A stretch of 41,524 bases of DNA from a virus (lineage: Duplodnaviria > Caudoviricetes). The notes below the pieces were generated by a model. It searched no databases, was not told the DNA's origin, and saw nothing but the letters and a program-made list of their open reading frames with translations. The DNA is taken from positions 1-41,524 of the IMG/VR virus record IMGVR_UViG_3300033067_000697; one strand, 5' to 3'. Positions within the stretch are counted from its first letter, which is position 1. Each line of letters opens with the position of its first letter. Position numbers and translations under genes: made by a program. Shown one piece after another: positions 7,997 through 15,531 of this stretch.

Positions 7997-8017
7997 AAAA
8001 AAGCCCCGAAGGGCTTT
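7997..8017 (-). terminator. rho-independent terminator
   Basis: AAAGCCC-TTCG-GGGCTTTTTT on the minus strand after the SSB-like gene. Confidence 0.85.
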
Positions 8018-8021
8018 AATG

Positions 8022-8378
8022 CTAGAACGGTATTTCTCCCGGCTCAATTGGGTCAGCACTTGGTTTAACTAAGTGAGCATAGATAGCAGTCAACATCTTT
8101 TCAATCCTATCCATTTGCTCCTGGTTAACTCCACCACCAGCTTCTTTCTTCGGTGTCTTAAAGTTCCAATACTCACCCTTTTGCTCAATCACAATCTCTA
8201 CCTCATCTCCGGCGTTCCATGTCCTTGATGTCGGATTACCAAAGCCAGAAACTTTACGACCATCTACTAGGTCTAAAAGACAACGCTCATAAGGCTTACC
8301 ATCTTTAGTCTTTAATGGGTTACCCTCCTTGTCCTTTTGCATGTGAGACACTCGACTCAACTTTACTTTTTCAATCAT
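8022..8378 (-). CDS. single-stranded DNA-binding protein-like (OB fold)
   Basis: beta-rich N-terminus, flexible linker, SSB-type acidic tail EPGEIPF; lies between exonuclease and initiator. Confidence 0.65.
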   Translation of the reverse strand: MIEKVKLSRVSHMQKDKEGNPLKTKDGKPYERCLLDLVDGRKVSGFGNPTSRTWNAGDEVEIVIEQKGEYWNFKTPKKEAGGGVNQEQMDRIEKMLTAIYAHLVKPSADPIEPGEIPF

Positions 8379-8379
8379 A

Positions 8380-9078
8380 CTAGTATTTAATTAGTTTATT
8401 AACCTCTTGGTCTAATTTATAAACGGCCAGGATATTTTTAAAGGCATCTTCTAGTTGTTCAGTATCATACCGACAATAGACATTCCTCTCGGGGTTAAAG
8501 GACACTCCTTTAGGAATATGGACAATAATTGCACCACCTATTTCTGCCTCTGCTTTCATGTCCTTTATGGCTAGGGAATATGCTCCGCATTGCCAAAAAA
8601 ATTTAGTCTGCATTGAACCGGATGTCTTAAAGTCAAGGATATATTTCTTCCCTTCCTTCTCAACCGCCGCATCCATAATTCCGGCATACCATAGGTCTAA
8701 ATGGTAGACAGGAAACTCAGAACGCAACGGTGTATATCCTTCACTGTTCATCCAAGTTAAGACTGAATTTACTATTGGGTCAAGGGTAAACTTCATCTTA
8801 CCTTCAGCAATCCAATTATTCATCGCCTTCTCTAGTAAACTGTGAACCTCTTTCCCCTTGTCTCCGGCTTTGTCACGTATCTTCAAGTGAGCCTTACGTG
8901 CATCCTCTGGACTCTCTCCTCGCTCAATCGCGTCTACTGCTTGGTTCGCCGCCCAGTTCACAAGTGAGCCGGGGTCTCCCCACATCTTCAATACGCTGGT
9001 TACACCGTGAAGGTTCTTCCCATCGTAAGTGTGTATGTGCCGACTCTCCAGGAACTTATATCCTTTCGTCTGTTCCAT
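8380..9078 (-). CDS. PD-(D/E)XK exonuclease (Cas4/lambda-exo-like)
   Basis: GVTSVL, GKEVH, SEFPVY, YAGIMD, ILDFKTS, QCGAY motifs. Confidence 0.9.
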   Translation of the reverse strand: MEQTKGYKFLESRHIHTYDGKNLHGVTSVLKMWGDPGSLVNWAANQAVDAIERGESPEDARKAHLKIRDKAGDKGKEVHSLLEKAMNNWIAEGKMKFTLDPIVNSVLTWMNSEGYTPLRSEFPVYHLDLWYAGIMDAAVEKEGKKYILDFKTSGSMQTKFFWQCGAYSLAIKDMKAEAEIGGAIIVHIPKGVSFNPERNVYCRYDTEQLEDAFKNILAVYKLDQEVNKLIKY

Positions 9079-9105
9079 AATGATTATTTAATTGGTAACT
9101 TGTAT

Positions 9106-9150
9106 ATAATACTATACGTCAAGTAAATATTCAAGTTTATATGGGGAAAA
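9106..9150 (-). promoter_or_regulatory. sigma70-type promoter TTGAAT-17-TATTAT with upstream TTTTCCCCA box
   Basis: -35 9134-9129, -10 9111-9106; box 9150-9142; leader resembles that of the 3260 promoter. Confidence 0.75.
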
Positions 9151-9529
9151 ATCCTAGCAGAGCCGGGTCATCCTTACTCACCATTCGCACACTATGAGCA
9201 CAGCTTTTATAGTTAGTTTCTTCGATAAGGTAATGAGTATCTGTCTCACTTCGCACTACTGCATAGTGATGAAGTCCAATATTAGAATAATAGAAAACCG
9301 CCACTTTACCTTCTGGTTGTATGTTATTTAAAATAGTAGCTGTCGATGGAAGAGAAGGATAGACACCCTTAACGTACCGATAGCAATTACATAGCTCTGG
9401 TTGCAATAAAACAATCTCCCCGGAAACTTTAGAAAAGTCCATGAAGACCTCAGGTTCTATATATTCTCCCGGTTGAGCTATTGCTACGGAAGGGAGAAGT
9501 AAAAGTATTAAAAGTAATACACGTTTTAT
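9137..9529 (-). CDS. secreted CHAP-like cysteine peptidase/amidase with an apparent non-canonical (ATA) start
   Basis: C(NC)YRYVK...HYAVV...IEETNY catalytic pattern; frame extends 29 codons above the called Met to IKRVLLLILLLPSVAIA/Q, a signal peptide; no in-frame ATG/GTG/TTG before the upstream TGA. Confidence 0.7.
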   Translation of the reverse strand: MKRVLLLILLLLPSVAIAQPGEYIEPEVFMDFSKVSGEIVLLQPELCNCYRYVKGVYPSLPSTATILNNIQPEGKVAVFYYSNIGLHHYAVVRSETDTHYLIEETNYKSCAHSVRMVSKDDPALLGFFPI

Positions 9530-9616
9530 AAGCCATTTCTTACGTCATACTGAGTTCTCAAGTTAGATGCAGGGACTAATCCGCCGACTAACTATGCCTT
9601 GCTGTAAGATGGACTC
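9530..9616 (-). ncRNA. candidate structured cis-regulatory RNA upstream of the CHAP gene
   Basis: CCAU-CUUAC/GUAAG-AA-AUGG closing stem, CAUA/UAUG, GUUAG/CUAAC, GGA-UUAG-UCC, UGA-GAAC-UCA. Confidence 0.55.
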
Positions 9617-9637
9617 ACCGCCGTTTGTGGAACCCTA

Positions 9638-9697
9638 ATTGTATCACAGACTTATCCCCAATAACTCTCTGGTGTGGATTACCTTATGCTGTATAAT
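9638..9697. promoter_or_regulatory. central divergent promoter region with two DnaA-box-like sites
   Basis: leftward TGnTACAAT near 9646-9638, rightward TATAAT 9692-9697; TTATCCCCA 9652-9660 and TGTGGATTA 9673-9681; gene orientation switches here. Confidence 0.7.
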
Positions 9698-9719
9698 ATA
9701 TAAGATAGTTCTTTCAAAT

Positions 9720-9858
9720 ACCCCCAGATGGTCTTAGCTCCTCCTTCGTTCCAAATAGTTTTATAGCACTTCAAAATAACAACACGAATCTCTGGTGGCA
9801 ATCCCACCCAAATTGCGAAAGGTTACGGGGCCAGTTAAGTTCAACGCTTAACGGGGGT
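9720..9858 (+). ncRNA. candidate structured leader/ncRNA before the chaperonin operon
   Basis: ACCCCC/GGGGGT closing pair, CCAGA/TCTGG, TTCGT/ACGAA, GGTGG-CAATC-CCACC and GTTAAG-7-CTTAAC hairpins; no ORF. Confidence 0.45.
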
Positions 9859-9882
9859 TCATTAAAAATAATTTAAATAAAT

Positions 9883-10080
9883 ATGACAGAAGAAGAACGA
9901 AGAGAGAAAGGTGCCGTCTTTATGAAAGAGTATGGTGAATTAGTAGAGAAACACCAAATAGACTTTGCTACCTATCCAGTGTTCATCCCAGATGGTCAGG
10001 GAGGATTTAAGATAGTAGTCCAGAGTACACCAATAGACATCTCAAAGAAGCCGGAGCCACTTATCGCTAAAGAGAAATAA
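9883..10080 (+). CDS. hypothetical protein
   Basis: ORF track; first gene of the rightward operon, AT-rich leader. Confidence 0.75.
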   Translation: MTEEERREKGAVFMKEYGELVEKHQIDFATYPVFIPDGQGGFKIVVQSTPIDISKKPEPLIAKEK

Positions 10081-10081
10081 T

Positions 10082-10303
10082 ATGTTTAAGCGGATTAAAA
10101 ACCTGCTAGAACTTAGCAAATACACAGTGGATGAAATAAGACAGAAAGAACCCACAGTCTTTCACACTGATGGAGATTCTCTGTTCCCTCACAGTCACGA
10201 ATACCGCCCGGCTACGATAGTAGATTTAAAAGGCACTAACCCCTTTGATGAATATGAAACCACTGAACAATCATCTAATGATACAACCCCTAGAAACGGA
10301 TAG
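10082..10303 (+). CDS. hypothetical protein
   Basis: ORF track; 1-nt gap from the previous stop. Confidence 0.65.
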   Translation: MFKRIKNLLELSKYTVDEIRQKEPTVFHTDGDSLFPHSHEYRPATIVDLKGTNPFDEYETTEQSSNDTTPRNG

Positions 10304-10502
10304 CTTCATGGCTATGCAGAAGACCACCTACGAAGAGGTTGGTGTGGTTTTAGATGCCGCAGAATCAGGTAAGCTCTTGATTGGTTGCCACGTTTACTTT
10401 GACTCATGGTTAGCTAAGAAGTTCCCAGTTACAGGTATGACAGATAAGTTTGTCTGGTTTGTTAAGTTTGAAGACGTAGTAGCTTATGAGCCGTTACCTT
10501 AA
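10254..10502 (+). CDS. groES: co-chaperonin GroES (Cpn10)-like, divergent
   Basis: MKPLNNHLMIQP (cf. IRPLHDRVIVK), GVVLDAA, GCHVYF, FVKFEDVVA (cf. IMSESDILA); 82 aa; same operon as groEL. Confidence 0.75.
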   Translation: MKPLNNHLMIQPLETDSFMAMQKTTYEEVGVVLDAAESGKLLIGCHVYFDSWLAKKFPVTGMTDKFVWFVKFEDVVAYEPLP

Positions 10503-10704
10503 CTCAGAGTGTCGGCGGAATATGCTGCACGACTTTAAAATCCTGCCTTATGACCGTGGTGGATTACTAGAGCGATGTACTAGGTGTGGACTCAAGATGC
10601 ATTTCCCGGAAAACACCCCCAACCACAAGTACATGGAATACCATGTGAGGCAAGCGTTACAGCCTTCTGACCCCAGGTTCAAGATTGAGTATCCACAAAA
10701 ATAG
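10486..10704 (+). CDS. small zinc-ribbon protein (C..H..ERCTRCG)
   Basis: Cys/His pattern. Confidence 0.7.
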   Translation: MSRYLNSECRRNMLHDFKILPYDRGGLLERCTRCGLKMHFPENTPNHKYMEYHVRQALQPSDPRFKIEYPQK

Positions 10705-10707
10705 TTT

Positions 10708-11223
10708 ATGAGAGATTCAAAAGGTAGATTTGTAAAAAATAACGAACCTTGGCATAAGGGTAAGACTGGTGTTTACAGTGAAGAATCTTTAAAGAAATTT
10801 TCTGACGCTAAAAAAGGTAAACCTAACTGGCGTAAAGGAGTTGTTGGTAAATACAAACACACTGATGAATGGAAAAAGAAAGCCTCTGAAGCCAAACAAG
10901 GTCATCCGGTTTCGGAAGAAACAAAGCGTAAAATATCCGAAGCAAATAAAGGTTCTAAAAACGGATGTTGGAAAGGTGGTGTCTGGGATAAGAATAAATC
11001 CAGATTATCGGAATACACGTACAGACAATTTCGTAAACGGGTTTTAGAAAGGGATAAAAAATGTGTCTTGTGCGAATCTGAGGAAAGACTGGAAGTAGAC
11101 CACATTAAACCGTACTCCCAGTTCCCTGAGTTAAGATTAGATATAGAAAATGCCCGTGTATTATGCCACTGTTGCCACAAAAAGACGGATACGTACGGAA
11201 AGGTTATTAGGTTAATTAAATAA
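10708..11223 (+). CDS. HNH homing endonuclease with NUMOD3-type repeats
   Basis: HTDEWKKKASEA and SEETKRKISEANKG repeats; RDKKCVLC..LEVDHIKP..NARVLCHCCHKK. Confidence 0.9.
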   Translation: MRDSKGRFVKNNEPWHKGKTGVYSEESLKKFSDAKKGKPNWRKGVVGKYKHTDEWKKKASEAKQGHPVSEETKRKISEANKGSKNGCWKGGVWDKNKSRLSEYTYRQFRKRVLERDKKCVLCESEERLEVDHIKPYSQFPELRLDIENARVLCHCCHKKTDTYGKVIRLIK

Positions 11224-11225
11224 AT

Positions 11226-12734
11226 ATGTTTGATGATAATTTACATGTTGGTAAAGAAGCAAGAAGTGGTCTAATACAGGGAATAATGAAAGCGGCAAGT
11301 GCTGTTGGAGCAACAATGGGGACAAGAGGTGCAAACTGTTTAATCCAATGTATTGAAAACCCACAACATTACGTAACCAACGATGGAGCTACTATCCTCC
11401 AGTCAATCCACTTTGCTGACCCACTAGAAGAGATGGGTAAAAACATTCTGGTTGAAGCAGTATCAAGAGCTAACAAGCAATCAGGCGATGGTTCATCGAC
11501 TACTACCGTACTCACCGCCGCCATCATTGAAGAAGGACTGAAGTGTACAGACAACGCTATAGACATTAAGCGTTCACTAGAAGAAGCTCTACCGATTGTA
11601 GAAGAGCAAATCAAAGCTCAGTCCAAGGAGATAACGGTAGAAACAGTAGCTCAAGTGGCTACCATATCCGCCGAAGATGAAGAGATAGGTAACAGAATAC
11701 AAGACATCTATCAACAGATAGGCAAGGATGGAATAGTCTATTGGGATGTATCAAAGACCACCGAAGACTCATACTCTATTGGTACGGGAATCAACATCCA
11801 CGATGCCGGGTTCCTTTCACCATACATGTGTGATGCTAATGATGCTGGACAGAACACCAACCAAATCCGCCTCAAGAATCCATACATCCTAGTAACTAAA
11901 CAGAAGATTACCTCAGCCGTAGACTTTGAGAAGATAGGAGCTGAACTATTCGCTAAGACAGTCACAGACCTAGTAGTGTTTGCGGATGAAGTAGAACCAC
12001 TAGTAGTCCCAGACCTCATTAAGACTCGTATGATGCGTGGCTTCCGTTTCATTATCGTAAAGATGCCAACTATCTGGAAAGACCAATGGTTTGAAGACAT
12101 AGCTCTAGCCAGTGGAGCCAAGCTCGTAGACCCTAGTGCTGGACTACCAATGCGTGAAGTCAAGATGGAACACCTAGGTACAGTCGGAGACATCATCATC
12201 ACTAAGTCAGACACCTACATTGATGGGATTAAAGACCTAAGTGAACACGTAAAGAAGCTAGAGGATGAAGCAACCGATGAAACAGCACACCGAGCTTCAC
12301 GACTCAACACCAAAACCGCCAGATACTTTGTGGGAGCACCAAGCGAATCAGCCCTTTCTTATCGTAGACTAAAGGTAGAAGATGCTATCTCAGCCGCCTA
12401 CCAAGCCCTACACGGTGGTATCGTTCCGGGAGCTGGTAACGCTATGGCTTGTGTTCACCTACCAGATACGATTGGAGGAAGAATACTTGAAGTAGCCCTA
12501 CTCAAACCAATGCTTCAGATTATGAGTAACGCCGGGATAACAATTAAGACCGAGCCAGCCAAAGGTAAAGGCTATGACACACGTACCCGTGAGTTAGTAG
12601 ACCTAGTAGAAGCTGGAATAGTAAACCCAACCAACGTGGAGATTAACGCTATCCGTAACGCTATCAGTGTAGCCGCCACAGTATTATCAGCACCAACAGT
12701 TGTAACCTTACCAAAACATGATACGCCTCTTTAG
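11226..12734 (+). CDS. groEL: chaperonin GroEL (Cpn60), phage-encoded, divergent
   Basis: TMGTRGAN, VTNDGATI, GDGSSTTTVL, QVATISA, EDIALASG, KVEDAISA, GIVPGAG, AGIVNP motifs. Confidence 0.95.
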   Translation: MFDDNLHVGKEARSGLIQGIMKAASAVGATMGTRGANCLIQCIENPQHYVTNDGATILQSIHFADPLEEMGKNILVEAVSRANKQSGDGSSTTTVLTAAIIEEGLKCTDNAIDIKRSLEEALPIVEEQIKAQSKEITVETVAQVATISAEDEEIGNRIQDIYQQIGKDGIVYWDVSKTTEDSYSIGTGINIHDAGFLSPYMCDANDAGQNTNQIRLKNPYILVTKQKITSAVDFEKIGAELFAKTVTDLVVFADEVEPLVVPDLIKTRMMRGFRFIIVKMPTIWKDQWFEDIALASGAKLVDPSAGLPMREVKMEHLGTVGDIIITKSDTYIDGIKDLSEHVKKLEDEATDETAHRASRLNTKTARYFVGAPSESALSYRRLKVEDAISAAYQALHGGIVPGAGNAMACVHLPDTIGGRILEVALLKPMLQIMSNAGITIKTEPAKGKGYDTRTRELVDLVEAGIVNPTNVEINAIRNAISVAATVLSAPTVVTLPKHDTPL

Positions 12735-12873
12735 CAAGTGCGAGAACTGCAAGAAGAGAAGTCTATTCGTAATGAATAGAACTATTGAAGTACCAAAGAG
12801 TAACTTAACCGCCACATCTAAAACACTATTATGTCAGACCTGCACCAACAAACTAAAGAAAGTCCTCTCGTAA
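12718..12873 (+). CDS. small CxxC..CxxC zinc-finger protein (51 aa)
   Basis: hand-translated MIRLFSKCENCKKR...LLCQTCTNKLKKVLS. Confidence 0.6.
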   Translation: MIRLFSKCENCKKRSLFVMNRTIEVPKSNLTATSKTLLCQTCTNKLKKVLS

Positions 12874-13007
12874 AAGAAGGAGAGATACTACTCAAACGCC
12901 AGGAAGACGGGAACTGGAAGGGGTACCTGCTACGAGATAAGGAACTACTCCAAGTCCGCGAGATAGACCCCTATACATCCTTGATGAAACTACTCACCCA
13001 CCCCTAA
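12831..13007 (+). CDS. hypothetical protein (58 aa)
   Basis: hand-translated ...KEGEILLKRQEDGNWKGYLLRDKELLQVREIDPYTSLMKLLTHP. Confidence 0.55.
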   Translation: MSDLHQQTKESPLVKEGEILLKRQEDGNWKGYLLRDKELLQVREIDPYTSLMKLLTHP

Positions 13008-13009
13008 AA

Positions 13010-13150
13010 TTGGGCAAATCCGGGAAAGCACTTTAAAAAAAGACCTTTCCAAAAAAAGTTTTTGAAAAAAGTCAGGAAACAGTTGAAAAGTTTTGGAAAA
13101 AAGGTCCTTACGCGTACGCGCGCGGGGATAGGGGTATACCTAGGGGGAAC
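13010..13150. other. candidate packaging/terminus region: A/T tracts, imperfect repeats, CG-alternating run, TAGGGG..CCTAGGGGGA
   Basis: non-coding; AAAAGTTTT(T/G)GAAAAAAG(G)TC twice; TACGCGTACGCGCGCG 13109-13124. Confidence 0.45.
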
Positions 13151-13295
13151 CAAATAAAATAACCTTCTATGGGGTATTTCTGATGTCGCACAATATTATT
13201 TATTACACAATAATATTGCAATATGTAAATAGTTAGTATTACACAATACAATTATATAATGTCTAGCTACTAAGCAATACTATATATGACAAAGT

Positions 13296-13322
13296 ACCCC
13301 GCTATTTTACAAGCGGGGTTTT
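13296..13322 (+). terminator. rho-independent terminator
   Basis: ACCCCGC-loop-GCGGGGT-TTT. Confidence 0.7.
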
Positions 13323-13354
13323 ATGTTGCCTATTACCTAGCTGATAGGTATAAG

Positions 13355-13393
13355 TGGGGATAACTTGACATAGCTAACTGTTAGGTATAGTAT
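13355..13393 (+). promoter_or_regulatory. strong early sigma70 promoter TTGACA-17-TAGTAT with TGGGGATAA box 1 nt upstream
   Basis: consensus -35 at 13365-13370; box 13355-13363. Confidence 0.85.
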
Positions 13394-13439
13394 AGTAATA
13401 GATAGCAGTAAGGACATAAAAAACTGCTACAAAATAATT

Positions 13440-13541
13440 ATGCAATATATAGCAATAGGAAAGATTAAAAATATAAACGGCGTGTGGACTATGTATTACT
13501 ATGCTGGTGGTAGATTTATGGCAGTTATAAAACTTATATAA
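13440..13541 (+). CDS. early peptide (33 aa)
   Basis: hand-translated MQYIAIGKIKNINGVWTMYYYAGGRFMAVIKLI; starts ATGCAA like its neighbours. Confidence 0.5.
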   Translation: MQYIAIGKIKNINGVWTMYYYAGGRFMAVIKLI

Positions 13542-13545
13542 CAAC

Positions 13546-13908
13546 ATGCAAAATAAAAAAATTATAATAAGTGTTAGTCATAATGATGAAACGGGCAAGT
13601 ACTACAATGATAGTTACATCAAAAATAAGACTATAGAAATACTAGACAGGGAAACTATACACGATGCCATTGCCCGGGTATTACTAGCAGATGACTATTG
13701 CACTATGTCATACAATGGCAAGCCGCAAGGAAACGTATACCGCGATGACAAAGATGGCAATAGTCATATTGTAGGCTACTACTATCGAACCAAACATTAT
13801 ATTGAAAACCGTAGCGAAAACATACAAAAAGAAAACGTGCCGTTTACTACGTGGGTAACTATTCACGGCGAACTATCCCCTATTGAATTAGTAGATATTG
13901 AAAACTAA
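13546..13908 (+). CDS. early hypothetical protein
   Basis: ORF track. Confidence 0.75.
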   Translation: MQNKKIIISVSHNDETGKYYNDSYIKNKTIEILDRETIHDAIARVLLADDYCTMSYNGKPQGNVYRDDKDGNSHIVGYYYRTKHYIENRSENIQKENVPFTTWVTIHGELSPIELVDIEN

Positions 13909-13910
13909 CT

Positions 13911-14045
13911 ATGACTATAGAAAAAACCTATCCACTAGCCGGGTACCGTATAACCGACATGATAGATGGCCGTTATATATCTTGTTTATACCTAGACTTT
14001 ACCAAAAAACAAGCTATAGCACGTTTTAAAAAAGATAACTATTAA
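13911..14045 (+). CDS. early hypothetical protein (44 aa)
   Basis: hand-translated MTIEKTYPLAGYRITDMIDGRYISCLYLDFTKKQAIARFKKDNY; fills the gap exactly. Confidence 0.6.
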   Translation: MTIEKTYPLAGYRITDMIDGRYISCLYLDFTKKQAIARFKKDNY

Positions 14046-14048
14046 ACA

Positions 14049-14480
14049 ATGCAAAACATAAAAGCATTAAGAATAAAGTACACAATATCCAGAGGCCGTG
14101 ATACTTATGGTTATAACTTAGTGACACTATACGTAGACGGCAAAAAGCATAATCGAACGTGTGGCGGTGGTTATGACATGACCGGCACTGTATTAGGTGA
14201 ATACTTAACGCAAGAATACCCCGACCGCCTAAAGGAATTGCCCGCTAATTATGGCAGTTTAGACACTAAAGATGGTTTTTATGGCCTAGGCTTTTATAGT
14301 AAAACAGAAAATAAGCGACATAATACATATCAAGACGGCGATAGTGTCTATGTCGATGGTGCGTGCGGGCAAAATGCTGTTAAGGAAATAACAAAGGCAA
14401 TAGGCTTAGACTTAGAATATAGCCACGGTTTTAGTACTAAAGACGTAACAGCTTATTACTTAACAGATAACCGCTCATAA
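14049..14480 (+). CDS. early hypothetical protein (GGGYDMxG motif)
   Basis: ORF track; SRGRDTYGYN, CGGGYDMTG, DGACG motifs. Confidence 0.8.
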   Translation: MQNIKALRIKYTISRGRDTYGYNLVTLYVDGKKHNRTCGGGYDMTGTVLGEYLTQEYPDRLKELPANYGSLDTKDGFYGLGFYSKTENKRHNTYQDGDSVYVDGACGQNAVKEITKAIGLDLEYSHGFSTKDVTAYYLTDNRS

Positions 14481-14481
14481 C

Positions 14482-14670
14482 ATGCAAGACTTTAAACTAA
14501 TAGCAAGCATACTAGGCAGTATCAAAACCCCTAAAAAGGCACAATCTAGCCGGGATAATGGCAAACTAGGGGGTTACTGGCTACAAAAACGTAACCGCCA
14601 TAAGTTACCTAATGAATTAAACAGAAAATACGAACGGTATATAGATATTGATAGCCTAATGAGTAAATAA
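14482..14670 (+). CDS. small basic protein with KTxKKAxSSRxNGKxGG motif (probably nucleic-acid binding)
   Basis: motif seen in small phage proteins. Confidence 0.7.
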   Translation: MQDFKLIASILGSIKTPKKAQSSRDNGKLGGYWLQKRNRHKLPNELNRKYERYIDIDSLMSK

Positions 14671-14671
14671 C

Positions 14672-15010
14672 ATGCAAAACAAACTACAATATATAAAAAA
14701 TAGCTGGACTTATAACCATAAAATGCTTATAATAGCTCTAGCACTAACAGTGGCACACTTATACCCACTAATTGAATGGCCGACACTATACGCTGAAGAG
14801 ATAACGTACACAAAACCGCCACAAGTCACGTATAACCTAGACACTGAGATATTAAAGCGAACTATAGAGTTATACGAACAAAACCGCGATATAGACTTAG
14901 AACGCTATAGACTTGACGCCATAGGCGAAATAAACAAGGAACTACAAAACAAAGTATATAGCAGTGACCACGTAAACTATGAGGAATTGAAAGCTAAATA
15001 CGGCTACTAA
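14672..15010 (+). CDS. membrane-anchored hypothetical protein
   Basis: N-terminal hydrophobic stretch MLIIALALTVAHLYPLI. Confidence 0.7.
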   Translation: MQNKLQYIKNSWTYNHKMLIIALALTVAHLYPLIEWPTLYAEEITYTKPPQVTYNLDTEILKRTIELYEQNRDIDLERYRLDAIGEINKELQNKVYSSDHVNYEELKAKYGY

Positions 15011-15027
15011 TACCCTTATTGTGAATT

Positions 15028-15052
15028 AAAGCCCTTTAAACGGGGCTTTTTT
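15028..15052 (+). terminator. rho-independent terminator
   Basis: AAAGCCC-loop-GGGCTTTTTT. Confidence 0.85.
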
Positions 15053-15070
15053 CATGTATTATAGTGGTAT

Positions 15071-15508
15071 ATGAGTACTAACGAGGCCACACTAAACAAA
15101 CCCCGCAGGACTTTAAAGCCTAGAATAACGCCAAAACAAAGGCGAGCCGCCAAAATAATATACGATATTGCCACAGGTGAACGCACAGATATAAAGAACA
15201 CAGGGGATATAGTTATAGAGGCTGGATATTCCGCCACAGTAAAAGATGTCCCGCATAAAATTCTGGATACTTCTGGGGTACAGATGGCACTAGATGAACT
15301 AGGATTTAATGAGATAACAGCTAAAAACGTAGTCAAACATATACTAACTAACGAGATTAGCGCAGATAAGGATAGGCTGAAAGCGGCTGACATGGTGTTT
15401 AAAGTACACGGAACGTATGCTATAGAGAAACACGTGAATCTAAACATAGATGTACAGACTGCAGATGACAGACTGATTGAGTTAGCCAATAGGCTTAGGA
15501 ACGCGTAA
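15071..15508 (+). CDS. terS: terminase small subunit
   Basis: TPKQRR...EAGYS HTH motif, DRLKAADMVFKVHG; upstream of terL. Confidence 0.75.
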   Translation: MSTNEATLNKPRRTLKPRITPKQRRAAKIIYDIATGERTDIKNTGDIVIEAGYSATVKDVPHKILDTSGVQMALDELGFNEITAKNVVKHILTNEISADKDRLKAADMVFKVHGTYAIEKHVNLNIDVQTADDRLIELANRLRNA

Positions 15509-15511
15509 ATT

Positions 15512-15531
15512 GCCCCATAGCGGGGTTTTTT
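15512..15531 (+). terminator. rho-independent terminator
   Basis: GCCCC-ATAGC-GGGGT-TTTTT after terS. Confidence 0.65.

Noticed and set aside
1175-8000. Plus-strand ORFs in the left arm (1175, 3993, 4822, 5840, 6734, 6938, 7558)
   Set aside because: Antisense to well-supported genes, with no motifs or initiation context.
8380-9078. Exonuclease as a CRISPR Cas4
   Set aside because: Lacks the Fe-S cysteine set and any cas context; it sits with SSB in a recombination module.
9720-9858. Leader RNA as a tRNA, tmRNA or known self-cleaving ribozyme
   Set aside because: No cloverleaf, CCA end, tag reading frame or hammerhead core (CUGANGA/GAAA) could be placed.
10708-11223. HNH as intron-encoded or as a cos-terminase cofactor (HK97 gp74-like)
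   Set aside because: Flanking genes are uninterrupted, no group I core is visible, and NUMOD3-type repeats point to a free-standing homing endonuclease far from terS.
13124-13174. G-quadruplex at the left boundary motif
   Set aside because: Only three closely spaced G runs; the fourth is over 20 nt away.
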